Shown in pieces: positions 9,115-18,050 of a stretch of 45,732 nucleotides of DNA. Below the pieces are notes generated by a model that did not search any database, had not been told where the DNA came from, and saw only the letters and a program-made list of their open reading frames with translations. Where the stretch lies: positions 1 to 45,732 of the forward strand of contig JBGAQA010000053.1 in assembly GCA_044220955.1 (NCBI GenBank), given 5' to 3'. The stretch comes from Sandaracinaceae bacterium. GTDB taxonomy: Bacteria; Myxococcota_A; Polyangia; Polyangiales; Sandaracinaceae. A program made the position numbers and the translations under genes. The stretch's first letter is position 1, and every line of letters starts with the position of its first letter.

Positions 9115-10758
9115 TCAGATGTGAATGCTGGCCGTGAGGAGAGAGGGCCGCAGGTACGGGTAGGGCAGCAGCCGACGCGCGTCGCGCTCCGCGATGACCG
9201 CGTCGGCGTCCGCGAGCGTGGCCTGCAAGCGCGCGAGCAGCGGCGCGACGCGCGGGTCCGTGAAGTGCTCTCGCGGATACTGGCCGAGGCGGTCGTCGCG
9301 GATCTGCGACTGCTGCCACATGAAGGCGAGCTGCGCGGCGGCCAGACCATGCGCGGGGAGCACCGCCTGCCACGCCGCGCTCCGGTCCCCCCCGGGCGCC
9401 GCGGGCGGTGGGGCGAAGGCGGCCGTCGGCGCGTTCGGCGCCCAGCCGAAGAAGTCGGCCTGCGTGTAGTTCAGCGCGGCATGGTGCGCGCTCGTCGTGA
9501 AGATCACGAAGGTGATCAGCTCCGTCAGCGCGGCGAGTGTCTCGATCTTCTCGGGGACGCCCCTGAGCCGGCCGCCGTCCTGTGCGCGCAGCTCGCTCAC
9601 GAACGCGCGCAGCTCGGCGTCGCCCGCGACCTCGGCGTCACCCTCGTAGACGAGCCCGAGGTAGTCGCGCACGAACGTGCCGAGGGCCAGGTCGATCAGC
9701 GCACCGTCGTCACGGAACGGGTGATCGGGCAGGGCGCTCCGGTCGTCGAGCCCGCGGATCGCGATGTCCCGAGCGAACCCGGCGCTCGCGAGGTCGAACG
9801 TCGCGAGCCCCGCGCGCACGAGCGTGAGCGAGCCCTCGAGCGAGGGCGCGAGCAGCTCGTCGAGCTGCCCGGCCGGGACCACGAGCTTGTCGCGCGCGGC
9901 GTCGTTGATCGCGAGCGTCCCGTGGAAGTGCGGGGAGAGCAGCACGAAGAGCGGGTGGCGCGTCGAGAGCTGGCGCTCGGCGGCGAGCGCGAACGCCTCG
10001 ATCAGGAAGTGTGCGCGCCCGAGGTGCTGGAAGCTCTCCTCGTGGTTCGCGTCGGCGACCTGGACCGCGACGCGCGCCATCTCCCACGCAGCGCCGTCCT
10101 GGGGGGTGAAGATCGGCGTCGCGTGCGATGGCCGCTGTCCGCACTGGACGGCGACGGGCACGAGCCCACGGCCCTTCGCAACACGCACGAAGAGCGCGAG
10201 CGGCGCCGAGATCCAGCGCGGCACGCCCGTCGTCGTCTGGCCTGCCGGCAGGCCGTCGAGCACGGCGTAGTCGGCGAGGAACAGGCGGCCCTCGCCCGAG
10301 GCCGCCGCGAGGGAGTCGCCCTCCGTCGATCGCGTGAAGATCGCGTCGGTCACCGGGAAGTTCTCCGGCAGCCGATCGATCCGGCGCAGCACGAAGGGGT
10401 TGGCGCCCGCGAGGCGCTGCCACCCGAACGCGCGGTCGTCGAGATGGGTCGCGACCGGGGGTGGGGTCAGGAGCGCGTAGAGCGCGCTGCACGCGGCGAT
10501 CGTGCTCGGGGCGTCGTCCGCGACGCCCCGCAGGCCTTCCTTCAGCCGGGCGGCGGCGCGGTTCGCCAGGAGCGCTGCCTGCGCTTGCGCGACCTGCGCG
10601 ACGACTCCGAGGGGGAAGCCCAGCCGCCTCGGCAGAGAGCGCGCCATCGCGACGCCCACCGGGCGGTCCCAAGCGTACGCGAGCTCGTCGCGGGCCCTCG
10701 CCAGCCCGTCCGCCCGGCCGTCGGGGTCGGGGTCGTGCTGCGGAAGCGCCGGCGTCAT
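9115..10758 (-). CDS. Lipoxygenase LOX2 (547 aa)
   Basis: FGWQRLAGANP, LVPVAVQ, NHEESFQHLGRAH, HPLFVLLSPHF, HPFRDDG, HAALNYTQ, C-terminus ASIHI. Confidence 0.95.
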   Translation of the reverse strand: MTPALPQHDPDPDGRADGLARARDELAYAWDRPVGVAMARSLPRRLGFPLGVVAQVAQAQAALLANRAAARLKEGLRGVADDAPSTIAACSALYALLTPPPVATHLDDRAFGWQRLAGANPFVLRRIDRLPENFPVTDAIFTRSTEGDSLAAASGEGRLFLADYAVLDGLPAGQTTTGVPRWISAPLALFVRVAKGRGLVPVAVQCGQRPSHATPIFTPQDGAAWEMARVAVQVADANHEESFQHLGRAHFLIEAFALAAERQLSTRHPLFVLLSPHFHGTLAINDAARDKLVVPAGQLDELLAPSLEGSLTLVRAGLATFDLASAGFARDIAIRGLDDRSALPDHPFRDDGALIDLALGTFVRDYLGLVYEGDAEVAGDAELRAFVSELRAQDGGRLRGVPEKIETLAALTELITFVIFTTSAHHAALNYTQADFFGWAPNAPTAAFAPPPAAPGGDRSAAWQAVLPAHGLAAAQLAFMWQQSQIRDDRLGQYPREHFTDPRVAPLLARLQATLADADAVIAERDARRLLPYPYLRPSLLTASIHI

Positions 10759-10761
10759 CCG

Positions 10762-10777
10762 CGCACGGTACCATGCG
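10762..10777. promoter_or_regulatory. Near-palindromic element carrying back-to-back -10 boxes for LOX2 and LOX3
   Basis: CGCACGGTACCATGCG. Minus strand reads TG-G-TACCGT 6 nt before the LOX2 ATG; plus strand reads TACCAT at 10769-10774. Confidence 0.5.
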
Positions 10778-10821
10778 ACAGCCGTTGCGGGCCGCGACCC
10801 GCCGAGGGCACCCTCTTGCCG

Positions 10822-12567
10822 ATGCTCGACCTCCTGGAATCCCTCCTCCCCCACCGTGAGACCTCCCCGGAGGAGCGCGCGACCCAGCTCGGAAGGGCTC
10901 GGGAGATCTACCGCTACAGCTACCAGTGGCCGCCCGAGGTGGCCGTGGCCGCCGAGGTGCCGCCGCAAGACAGCTACTCGGCGCTCTACGTGGCGGCGTT
11001 GCTCCCGAGCGCGTGGGAGATCTTCAAGAACACGATCGGCCTCGTCGACCTCGTGCACGAGAAGGACGGCCTCGCGAGGTTCTTCGCCGAAGAAGGGCAC
11101 CGCGTCCCCAAGCTCGCGTCGTCGGCGATCGGCGACTGGTACCTGCGCGTCGCGAACGATCTCGCCCGCTACGTCGCGTCGACCACGCCGCCGACCGTCG
11201 CCGCGTACCACGATCTGTACCCGGGCATCGGGCTGCCGAGCGTGAGCGACAAGTGGCAGAGCGACGAGACGTTCGCCTGGCAACGAATCGCGGGCGTGAA
11301 CCCGACGACGCTCACCCGCATCACGCGGATGAGAGACGACGTCCGCATCGGCGAGGCGGAGTACGCGCGCGTCCTGCCGGGCCGCGGCTCGCTCGCCGGC
11401 GCCCTCGCCGAGGGGCGCGTCTTCGCCTGCGACTACACGTTCCTCGACGGGGCGAAGACCGGGGAGTCCTTCGGGATGAAGAAGTGGCTGCCGGCGCCCT
11501 ACGCGGTGTTCGTCGCGGACGGCGGCAAGCTGCGGCCCCTCGCGGTCCAACTGGGCAAGCAGGCGGGCCACCGCATCGTGACGCCGGTCGACGCCAGTCT
11601 CTGGACGATCGCGAAGCTCGCGGTGCAGATCGGCGACGCGAACCACCACGAGACGGTGGCGCACCTCGGGCGTACGCACCTCGTGATGGAGGCCGTCGCG
11701 CTCGCGCTGAAGCGGCAGCTCGCGGAGCGTCACCCGCTCCATCGCCTCCTCTGGCAGCACTGCGAGTACACGCTGCCGATCAACCACTCCGCGGCGACCA
11801 ACCTCATCGCGACCGGTGGCGCGATCGACCTGACGTTCGCGGGCACCATCGAGACGAGCGCGTCCTTCGTCAAGATCGGGCTCGATTCGTTCGACCTGGG
11901 GCGATCGTCGTTGCCGATCGACCTGGCCACGCGCGGGCTCGACGACCGCAGCGTGCTCCCCGAGCTCCCGTATCGAGACGACGGGCTGCCCGTGCTCGGG
12001 GCGATCCGGCGCTTCGTCGATCGCTACGTGCGGCACGCGTATCCGGCCGATGCCGACGTCGCCGCGGACTCCGAGCTGGCGGCGTTCTGCGCGGAGCTCG
12101 GCGCGAGCGACGGGGGGCGCATCCGCGGCGTCGTCGCGCCGGCCACGATCGACGCGCTCGTCGAGCTCGTGACGACGATCGTGTGGATCGGCACCGCACA
12201 GCACGCGGCCGTCAACTTCCCGCAGTTCCCCTTCATGGGGTACGTCCCGAACATGGCGGGCGCGTTCTGGGGCGAGTGGCCGCCGAAGGATCTCGACGAT
12301 CCGAACCTCTACGCGACGCTGCTGCCGCCCTACAACGTCGCGGTGCTGCAGCTGCACACGCTCTATCAGCTCTCTTCGCTGCGCATCAACCACCTCGGCC
12401 ACTACGGCGTGACGACGTTCTTCCACCCCGCGGTGCTCGAGGCGATCGCTCAGTTCAAGTCGGAGCTCGCCGAGATCGAGAAGGCCACACGGGAGCGAGA
12501 CGCGAGTCGCTACATGAGCTACCCGCACCTCTTGCCGAGCAACATCCCGCTGAGCATCCACATTTGA
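10822..12567 (+). CDS. Lipoxygenase LOX3 (581 aa)
   Basis: FAWQRIAGVNP, WTIAK, NHHETVAHLGRTHL, HPLHRLL, PYRDDG, QHAAVNFPQ, C-terminus SIHI. Confidence 0.96.
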   Translation: MLDLLESLLPHRETSPEERATQLGRAREIYRYSYQWPPEVAVAAEVPPQDSYSALYVAALLPSAWEIFKNTIGLVDLVHEKDGLARFFAEEGHRVPKLASSAIGDWYLRVANDLARYVASTTPPTVAAYHDLYPGIGLPSVSDKWQSDETFAWQRIAGVNPTTLTRITRMRDDVRIGEAEYARVLPGRGSLAGALAEGRVFACDYTFLDGAKTGESFGMKKWLPAPYAVFVADGGKLRPLAVQLGKQAGHRIVTPVDASLWTIAKLAVQIGDANHHETVAHLGRTHLVMEAVALALKRQLAERHPLHRLLWQHCEYTLPINHSAATNLIATGGAIDLTFAGTIETSASFVKIGLDSFDLGRSSLPIDLATRGLDDRSVLPELPYRDDGLPVLGAIRRFVDRYVRHAYPADADVAADSELAAFCAELGASDGGRIRGVVAPATIDALVELVTTIVWIGTAQHAAVNFPQFPFMGYVPNMAGAFWGEWPPKDLDDPNLYATLLPPYNVAVLQLHTLYQLSSLRINHLGHYGVTTFFHPAVLEAIAQFKSELAEIEKATRERDASRYMSYPHLLPSNIPLSIHI

Positions 12568-15500
12568 CCCGGCCGCTCTCCTCCGCGACGCTCGACGAGC
12601 CGGTTCGACTCGGGCGCTACGACGTCACCGGGCTGATCCGTGCCGGCGGCATGGGCACCGTCTACGACGCGGTCGACCGCGAGCACGGGACGAGGGTCGC
12701 GCTCAAGACGCTGACCGAGCTCGACGCGGAGAGCCTGCGCCGCTTCAAGACGGAGTTCCGGGCCGTCGCCGATCTCGCCCATCCGAACCTCGTGCCGCTC
12801 TACGAGCTCAGCTCGGACGACGGGATCTGGTTTCTCACGATGGAGCGCATCGAGGGGGTCGACTTCCTCGAGGGGCTGCGCGGGCCCTCGGCGCGGGAAG
12901 CCCCGACGTTGGAGGAGCGGCAGCAGGCGGAGGCCACCACCCGCCCGCGCCCCGGCGACACCCCGCGCGCGATCCCTCCCGAGCTCACGCCCTCGCTCCC
13001 CGACTCGCTCCCTGGTCTTCGTGACGCGTTCGCGCAGCTCGCCCGCGGGGTTCGCGCGCTGCACGACGCGGGTCTGGTCCACCTGGACCTCAAGCCCAGC
13101 AACGTGATGATCGATCCGCGTGGGCGTGTCGTGGTGCTGGACTTCGGCCTCGTCCGGGGGATGGGCGAGGGGCCGACTCGGACGCTCGACGGCGAGGGCG
13201 AGGGCGGCGTGTCCGGCACGCCGGCGTGGATGGCTCCCGAGCAATTCGCCGGTGAACCGATCGGTCCGGCCGCGGACTGGTACGCGGTCGGGCTGATGCT
13301 CTACCGGGCGCTGACGGGTGTGCCGGCGTTCCCGCCCGCGAGCGTGGCGGTCACGTGGTTCGCGAAGACGCACCTGCCGCCGACGCCGCCGAACGAGCTG
13401 CTCTCGGGCGTGCCGGCCGACCTCTCGACGCTCGCCATGGAGCTGCTCCATCCCGATCCGGCCTCGCGCCCCGGTGGCGACACGATCGTCGAGGTCCTGA
13501 CCGGGAGGGGGACCACACCCTCGTCGGCCGGCGCGATCCCCTCGCGCACCGACCTCGTGGGCCGCGCGGCCGAGCGCGACGCCACGCTCGCGGTGCTGCG
13601 CCGGGTCGGCGCGGGCGGGGCGGGTCTGGTGCATCTCCGCGGGCCCTCGGGGGTCGGCAAGTCCGCGCTCCTCGGCGATCTGCGCAGGGCAGCGCGCGCC
13701 AGCGGGGACGCGCTGGTCCTTCGTGGCCGGTGCTACGAGCGGGAGTCGGTCCCCTACAAGGCGTTCGACGGCATGTTCGACGAGCTCGCGCGCGAGCTCG
13801 GGCTCCTGACCGACGCCGACGTCGAGCGCGTGCTGCCGCGCTGGATCGCCGAGGTCGCGCGCGTGTTTCCCGTGCTCGGCACCGTGCGGATCATCCGCGA
13901 GCGGATGGAGCGTTCGAACGTCACGTCCGCGATCGTCTCCGCGATGGAGCTGCGGAGGCGCGCGCTCGTCGCCGCGCGCGAGCTGATCAGCAACCTCGCG
14001 TCGCAGCGCGTGGTGGTGCTGGAGATCGACGATCTGCAGTGGGCGGACGCGGACAGCATCGCGCTCCTCGATGCCCTGCTCGCAGCTCCGGCTCTCCGTC
14101 GCGTGCTCGTCGCGGCGTCGTTCCGCCCGCACGAGGCGAGCACGTCGACGGCGAGCGCCGCGTACCTGAGCGCGGTCCCCGAATTCGCGGCCCGGGACGA
14201 TCTCGAGCTCGTGACCATCGACGTCGGTCCTCTGTCGGAGCCCGAGGCGCGCCGGCTCGCGGCCGCCACGCTCGGCACCCACGACGAGCGCTCGACCCGG
14301 CTGGCCGCCGCGATCGCGGGGGAGTCCGGGGGGGTGCCCTTCTTCGTCGAAGAGCTGGCGCGCTTCGCGAACCAGGAGCGGGAGGCCGGGCGCGAGATCT
14401 CGACGAGCGGCGTCACCCTCGAGGGTCTGCTGGTGCAGCGGATCGAGACGCTGCCCTCGGCCGAGCGTGCTCTCGTCGAGGTGCTCGCCATCGCGAACAA
14501 CCCGATCCCCCTCTCCGTGGCCTTCGCCGTGGCGGGGATCGAGACGGGCGTGCTCCGCGCGCTCTGGGCGCTTCGGGGTGGTCACTTCGTCCGCGCGACG
14601 GGCGCGCGTGCGAGCGATCGCATCGAGCTGCATCACGATCGCATGCGCGAGTCGGTGGTCGCCTCGATGCCCGCCGCCCGGATCGAGTCGCACCGCCTCG
14701 CGCTCGGCCGCACGCTCGCCGCGCTGGGGCCGCAGAGCCCCTGGCTCTTCGACGCCGTGCGCCACCTGAACGGCGTGATGCATCGGATCGACGGCGAGGA
14801 GCGTGTCGCGGCGGCCCGTCTGAACCTCGCCGCGGGGCGCCAGGCGCGGCGGGGCGCTGCGTTCGCGCTGGCGTTCGAGTGCTACCGCGCCGCGAGCCGC
14901 TGGCTCGACGCGAACGCGTGGGAGACGAGCTACGATCTCGCCCTGGCGGTCCACGAGGGCGCCGCCGAGGCCGCGTACCTGAGCGGCTCGTGGGGCGAGC
15001 TCGACGGGTTCGTCGCCGCGGTCAAGGAGAACGGGCGGACGGTCCTCGACCGCCTCGCGGCGTCGGAGGTCGAGATCGACGCGCTCATCGCGCGCAATCG
15101 GTACGGCGAGGCGGTGGCCGTGGCCCTGCGCGCGCTCCGTTCGCTGAACGTCGAGCTGCCGGAGGATCCGGGCGAGGCCGAGGTGGGCGTGGAGGTCGGC
15201 GCGGCGATGAGCGCGCTGGGCGCCATCGGCCCCGAGGGCGTCGCAGGGCTCGGCGTCGCCACCGATCCCGCCGTGCTCGCGGAGATGCGGATCGAGAGCC
15301 GGATCTCGTCGGCCGCCTATTTCGCCAAGCCGATGCTCCTGCCGATCCTCGCCTGCCGTCTGGTCACGCTCTCGGTCGCGCGGGGCGCGAGTCCGGCGAC
15401 CGCCTACGCGCTGGCCGTCTACGGCATCGTGCTCAACTCGATCGGCATGCTGCGCGAGGCGCACACCTGGGGAGGCGTCGCCGAGCGCCTCATCGAGCGC

Positions 15501-16400
15501 TTCGACGACCGCAGCTTCGAGGCACGTACGCGGCACGTCGTGCACGACCTCGTCTGCACGTGGATGGTCCCGCTGCGAGGCACGCTGGCCAGCCTCCGCG
15601 CCGTCGTCGACGTCGGCAAGAGCACGGGCGACCTCGAGTACGCCGCCTACGCGGCGCACGCGTACGTCCACAACGCGTTCTACGCGTCGGTCGACCTCGA
15701 CGCGCTGCTCGACGAGGCGCTCGACCTCGGCGCGTTCATGCGCGGCCAGGGGCAGGTGAACGCGCTGCACGTCCACGAGCCCTTCGAGCAGCTGCTCCGG
15801 TGCTTCACGGGGCGCGCGCAGAGCCCGGCCACCCTCGACGGCCACGGCTTCCGCGAGGCCGACGCGCTCGCGCGCGCACGCGCCCAGGGATCGCGCAGCG
15901 CTCAGTGCCTCGTGCCCTTGCTGATGGGCATCGTCCGCTACCACTTCGGCTCTGCGGTCGAGGCCAGCGCCCAGCTCGAGGCCGCTCGGCCCTTCCTCGA
16001 CGGGCTGGCCTCGACCTGGCACCAGCCGATGCTCCACCAGTACGCGGCGCTCGCGATCTGGGCGCTGCCCGACGGCGCCCGCGCGCCGCTCGAGGCGAGC
16101 GCGGACGCCAGCCTCGAGGCGCTGCGCAAGCTCGCCGAAGCGGCGCCGTTCAACTTCGCGCATCGCGTGCAGCTGGTCGAGGCCGTGCGCGCGGTGGCGC
16201 GGGGAGAGCCCGAGCTCGCGCGGGAGCGATTCCGGCAAGCCGCGAGCGCCGCCGAGGCCAGCGCGTTCTGGCTCGACCTCGGCGTGATCCACGAGCGCTG
16301 GGCCGAGCTCGACGAGCCGAGCGCGCACCGCGAGGCCGCGAACCTGGCGTACGCGCGGTGTCGCGCGCACGCCAAGTTCGGCCGCTCCGTGGCCCGCTGA
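12564..16400 (+). CDS. Ser/Thr kinase (non-RD) - STAND/AAA ATPase - helical repeat protein (COG3899-like, no GAF/His-kinase tail), about 1278 aa
   Basis: TTG start overlaps the LOX3 stop (TTGA). GGMGTVY, VALK, HLDLKPSN, DFG, MAPEQ; Walker A GPSGVGKS; Walker B LEIDDLQWAD; GGVPFFVEEL; HHDRMRE; long helical C-terminal half including GDLEYAAY. Confidence 0.9.
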   Translation: MTRPLSSATLDEPVRLGRYDVTGLIRAGGMGTVYDAVDREHGTRVALKTLTELDAESLRRFKTEFRAVADLAHPNLVPLYELSSDDGIWFLTMERIEGVDFLEGLRGPSAREAPTLEERQQAEATTRPRPGDTPRAIPPELTPSLPDSLPGLRDAFAQLARGVRALHDAGLVHLDLKPSNVMIDPRGRVVVLDFGLVRGMGEGPTRTLDGEGEGGVSGTPAWMAPEQFAGEPIGPAADWYAVGLMLYRALTGVPAFPPASVAVTWFAKTHLPPTPPNELLSGVPADLSTLAMELLHPDPASRPGGDTIVEVLTGRGTTPSSAGAIPSRTDLVGRAAERDATLAVLRRVGAGGAGLVHLRGPSGVGKSALLGDLRRAARASGDALVLRGRCYERESVPYKAFDGMFDELARELGLLTDADVERVLPRWIAEVARVFPVLGTVRIIRERMERSNVTSAIVSAMELRRRALVAARELISNLASQRVVVLEIDDLQWADADSIALLDALLAAPALRRVLVAASFRPHEASTSTASAAYLSAVPEFAARDDLELVTIDVGPLSEPEARRLAAATLGTHDERSTRLAAAIAGESGGVPFFVEELARFANQEREAGREISTSGVTLEGLLVQRIETLPSAERALVEVLAIANNPIPLSVAFAVAGIETGVLRALWALRGGHFVRATGARASDRIELHHDRMRESVVASMPAARIESHRLALGRTLAALGPQSPWLFDAVRHLNGVMHRIDGEERVAAARLNLAAGRQARRGAAFALAFECYRAASRWLDANAWETSYDLALAVHEGAAEAAYLSGSWGELDGFVAAVKENGRTVLDRLAASEVEIDALIARNRYGEAVAVALRALRSLNVELPEDPGEAEVGVEVGAAMSALGAIGPEGVAGLGVATDPAVLAEMRIESRISSAAYFAKPMLLPILACRLVTLSVARGASPATAYALAVYGIVLNSIGMLREAHTWGGVAERLIERFDDRSFEARTRHVVHDLVCTWMVPLRGTLASLRAVVDVGKSTGDLEYAAYAAHAYVHNAFYASVDLDALLDEALDLGAFMRGQGQVNALHVHEPFEQLLRCFTGRAQSPATLDGHGFREADALARARAQGSRSAQCLVPLLMGIVRYHFGSAVEASAQLEAARPFLDGLASTWHQPMLHQYAALAIWALPDGARAPLEASADASLEALRKLAEAAPFNFAHRVQLVEAVRAVARGEPELARERFRQAASAAEASAFWLDLGVIHERWAELDEPSAHREAANLAYARCRAHAKFGRSVAR

Positions 16401-16424
16401 GGCGCGGGCGCTCGTCCCGGCCCT

Positions 16425-18050
16425 TCAGCGTCCGTAGCTCGAGCTCGAGAACCACCACTCGACGCCGATGCCGAGGAAGTGCTCGATGGGCTGACGAGAG
16501 CGTGGGTCGAGGTCGTTGTACAGCGAGCGCGCTCCGTCGTCGCGCGCCGTCATGACGTAGATCAGACGGATCTGCGGTCGGGTGTAGGTGCCGCGGCCGA
16601 AGGGAGACAGGAACGGCATGATGCCGAGCTTGAAGATCCCGCCGCCCTCGGGCGCGCCGGTGCGCTCGTCGATCGCGGCCGTCTGCATCGCCTGGTAGGA
16701 GAGATCCAGCGCGACGCCGGCGACGTCACCGATCCAGACCATCGGGCGGGCGCTGACGGCTCCCTCGCTGATCGCCGAGCGGTTGAAGACGGCCGGGTCG
16801 GCGTCGCGGAAGAGCCGCCACCAGCCGCCGACCTGCACGCCGAACGCGACGTCCGCGCTCTCGCGCCACTCCCAGTTGCCGCTGATCGCGAGCCGGATCT
16901 CCTCGGCGCGGCCGGTCTGGATCACGGTGCCCGTCCTGAACGGGACGCCGAGCGGATCGTAGGCCCCGAGGCCCCGCGCGTAGCGGAAGAACGCGTTCAG
17001 AAACGCGTGCTGATCCCCGAGGTAGCCGCCCACCTGCGCGCCGACGACGTAGCCGGAGTCCTCGGGCAGGCGCTCGACCGTCGCGTCGTCGCGGCGGCGC
17101 TCGCCTGCGCCGAGGTAGTGCTGTTCCCCGTAGAGGCGGGCGAGCATCCCGGTGGTGGCGAAGCGGCCGAAGGGCCACCACGTCACGCGGCCGCTCGTGA
17201 CGATGCGCGGCCGGTCGAGCACGAAGACCTGGTCGGGCAGGAATCCGATGCGCGCGGGCGCGAGCGTCTGTTGCTGCTGGTAGGGGTTGTTCGGCTCGGC
17301 CATACCCACCTGCAGCCGGAGCTCCAGATCGTCCTCGAAGTCGTAGCCGAGCCCGCCGCCGACCATGTTGAGGTTGTCGAGCGGCCAGAAGTTCATGAGG
17401 TACACGTCGTCGCCGCGCACCATCCGCGAGCCGCCCCAGAACGAGAGCCCGCGCGCGAGGATGTTGCGCGCCTCGACGAAGAGGTTGCGGACGGCGATCC
17501 GCGTCGTGAAGTCGCCCGTGTAGTGGAAGAGCGGGCCGCCGTACGCGACGGTGAACACCACGCGCGTGTCGACGCCGAAGAACTGGTCCTCGCGGCGCAG
17601 CTCGAGCTCCGCGTAGGTGTCGTCCTGATCGACACGCGGCGCGAACGCGACGATGCCCGACTGGCGTCCCGTCTGGCCTTGGAGATCCGAGGCGGCCGTC
17701 ACGCGGCCGTACGAGCCGAAGTGGAAGCCGTTCATGAAGCGCGTCAGCTCGTCGATGTGCTCGTCCTGGCCACGCTCGTGGGCCGCGTCCGCGTCGCCCT
17801 CCGTCTCGAGCGAGTCCTCGGCCGCGGCGAGCTCCGCGTCGTGCGCCTCCGTCTCGGCCGTGGTCGTCGTCTCCGCGGTGGCTCGAGCCGCGGCAGCGGC
17901 GCGCGCCTGGTCCTCGCGCGCCATCCGCTGCGCGAGATCCTCCGGCACGTCGGTGTTGCCCGCCGTGTCCTGCGCGCGCGCGTGCCCGGCGCCGAGCGCC
18001 ACGAGAGCTGCCGCGAGCCAGACCCTCCGCACGGCGCGACAGTACCTCAA
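16425..18050 (-). CDS. LamB/maltoporin-like carbohydrate porin (start 18050 TTG or 18032 GTG)
   Basis: Signal peptide ARA-Q, helical N-terminal extension, FHFGSYGR, YAELEL, RNLFVEARN, DDVYLMNFWPLD, RPQIRLIY, LGIGVEWWF near the C-terminus. Confidence 0.75.
   Translation of the reverse strand: MRYCRAVRRVWLAAALVALGAGHARAQDTAGNTDVPEDLAQRMAREDQARAAAAARATAETTTTAETEAHDAELAAAEDSLETEGDADAAHERGQDEHIDELTRFMNGFHFGSYGRVTAASDLQGQTGRQSGIVAFAPRVDQDDTYAELELRREDQFFGVDTRVVFTVAYGGPLFHYTGDFTTRIAVRNLFVEARNILARGLSFWGGSRMVRGDDVYLMNFWPLDNLNMVGGGLGYDFEDDLELRLQVGMAEPNNPYQQQQTLAPARIGFLPDQVFVLDRPRIVTSGRVTWWPFGRFATTGMLARLYGEQHYLGAGERRRDDATVERLPEDSGYVVGAQVGGYLGDQHAFLNAFFRYARGLGAYDPLGVPFRTGTVIQTGRAEEIRLAISGNWEWRESADVAFGVQVGGWWRLFRDADPAVFNRSAISEGAVSARPMVWIGDVAGVALDLSYQAMQTAAIDERTGAPEGGGIFKLGIMPFLSPFGRGTYTRPQIRLIYVMTARDDGARSLYNDLDPRSRQPIEHFLGIGVEWWFSSSSYGR

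Noticed and set aside
8983..12567. 1194-aa (+) and 1148-aa (-) ORFs as extended or double-domain LOXs
   Set aside because: The extensions are antisense read-through of the opposite LOX gene; LOX-like sequence starts at 10822 and 10758.
10926..16400. 1824-aa ORF suggesting a LOX-kinase fusion
   Set aside because: The first 546 codons are an off-frame shadow of LOX3. LOX3 has its own stop and needs a free C-terminal Ile as metal ligand, so these are two coupled genes.
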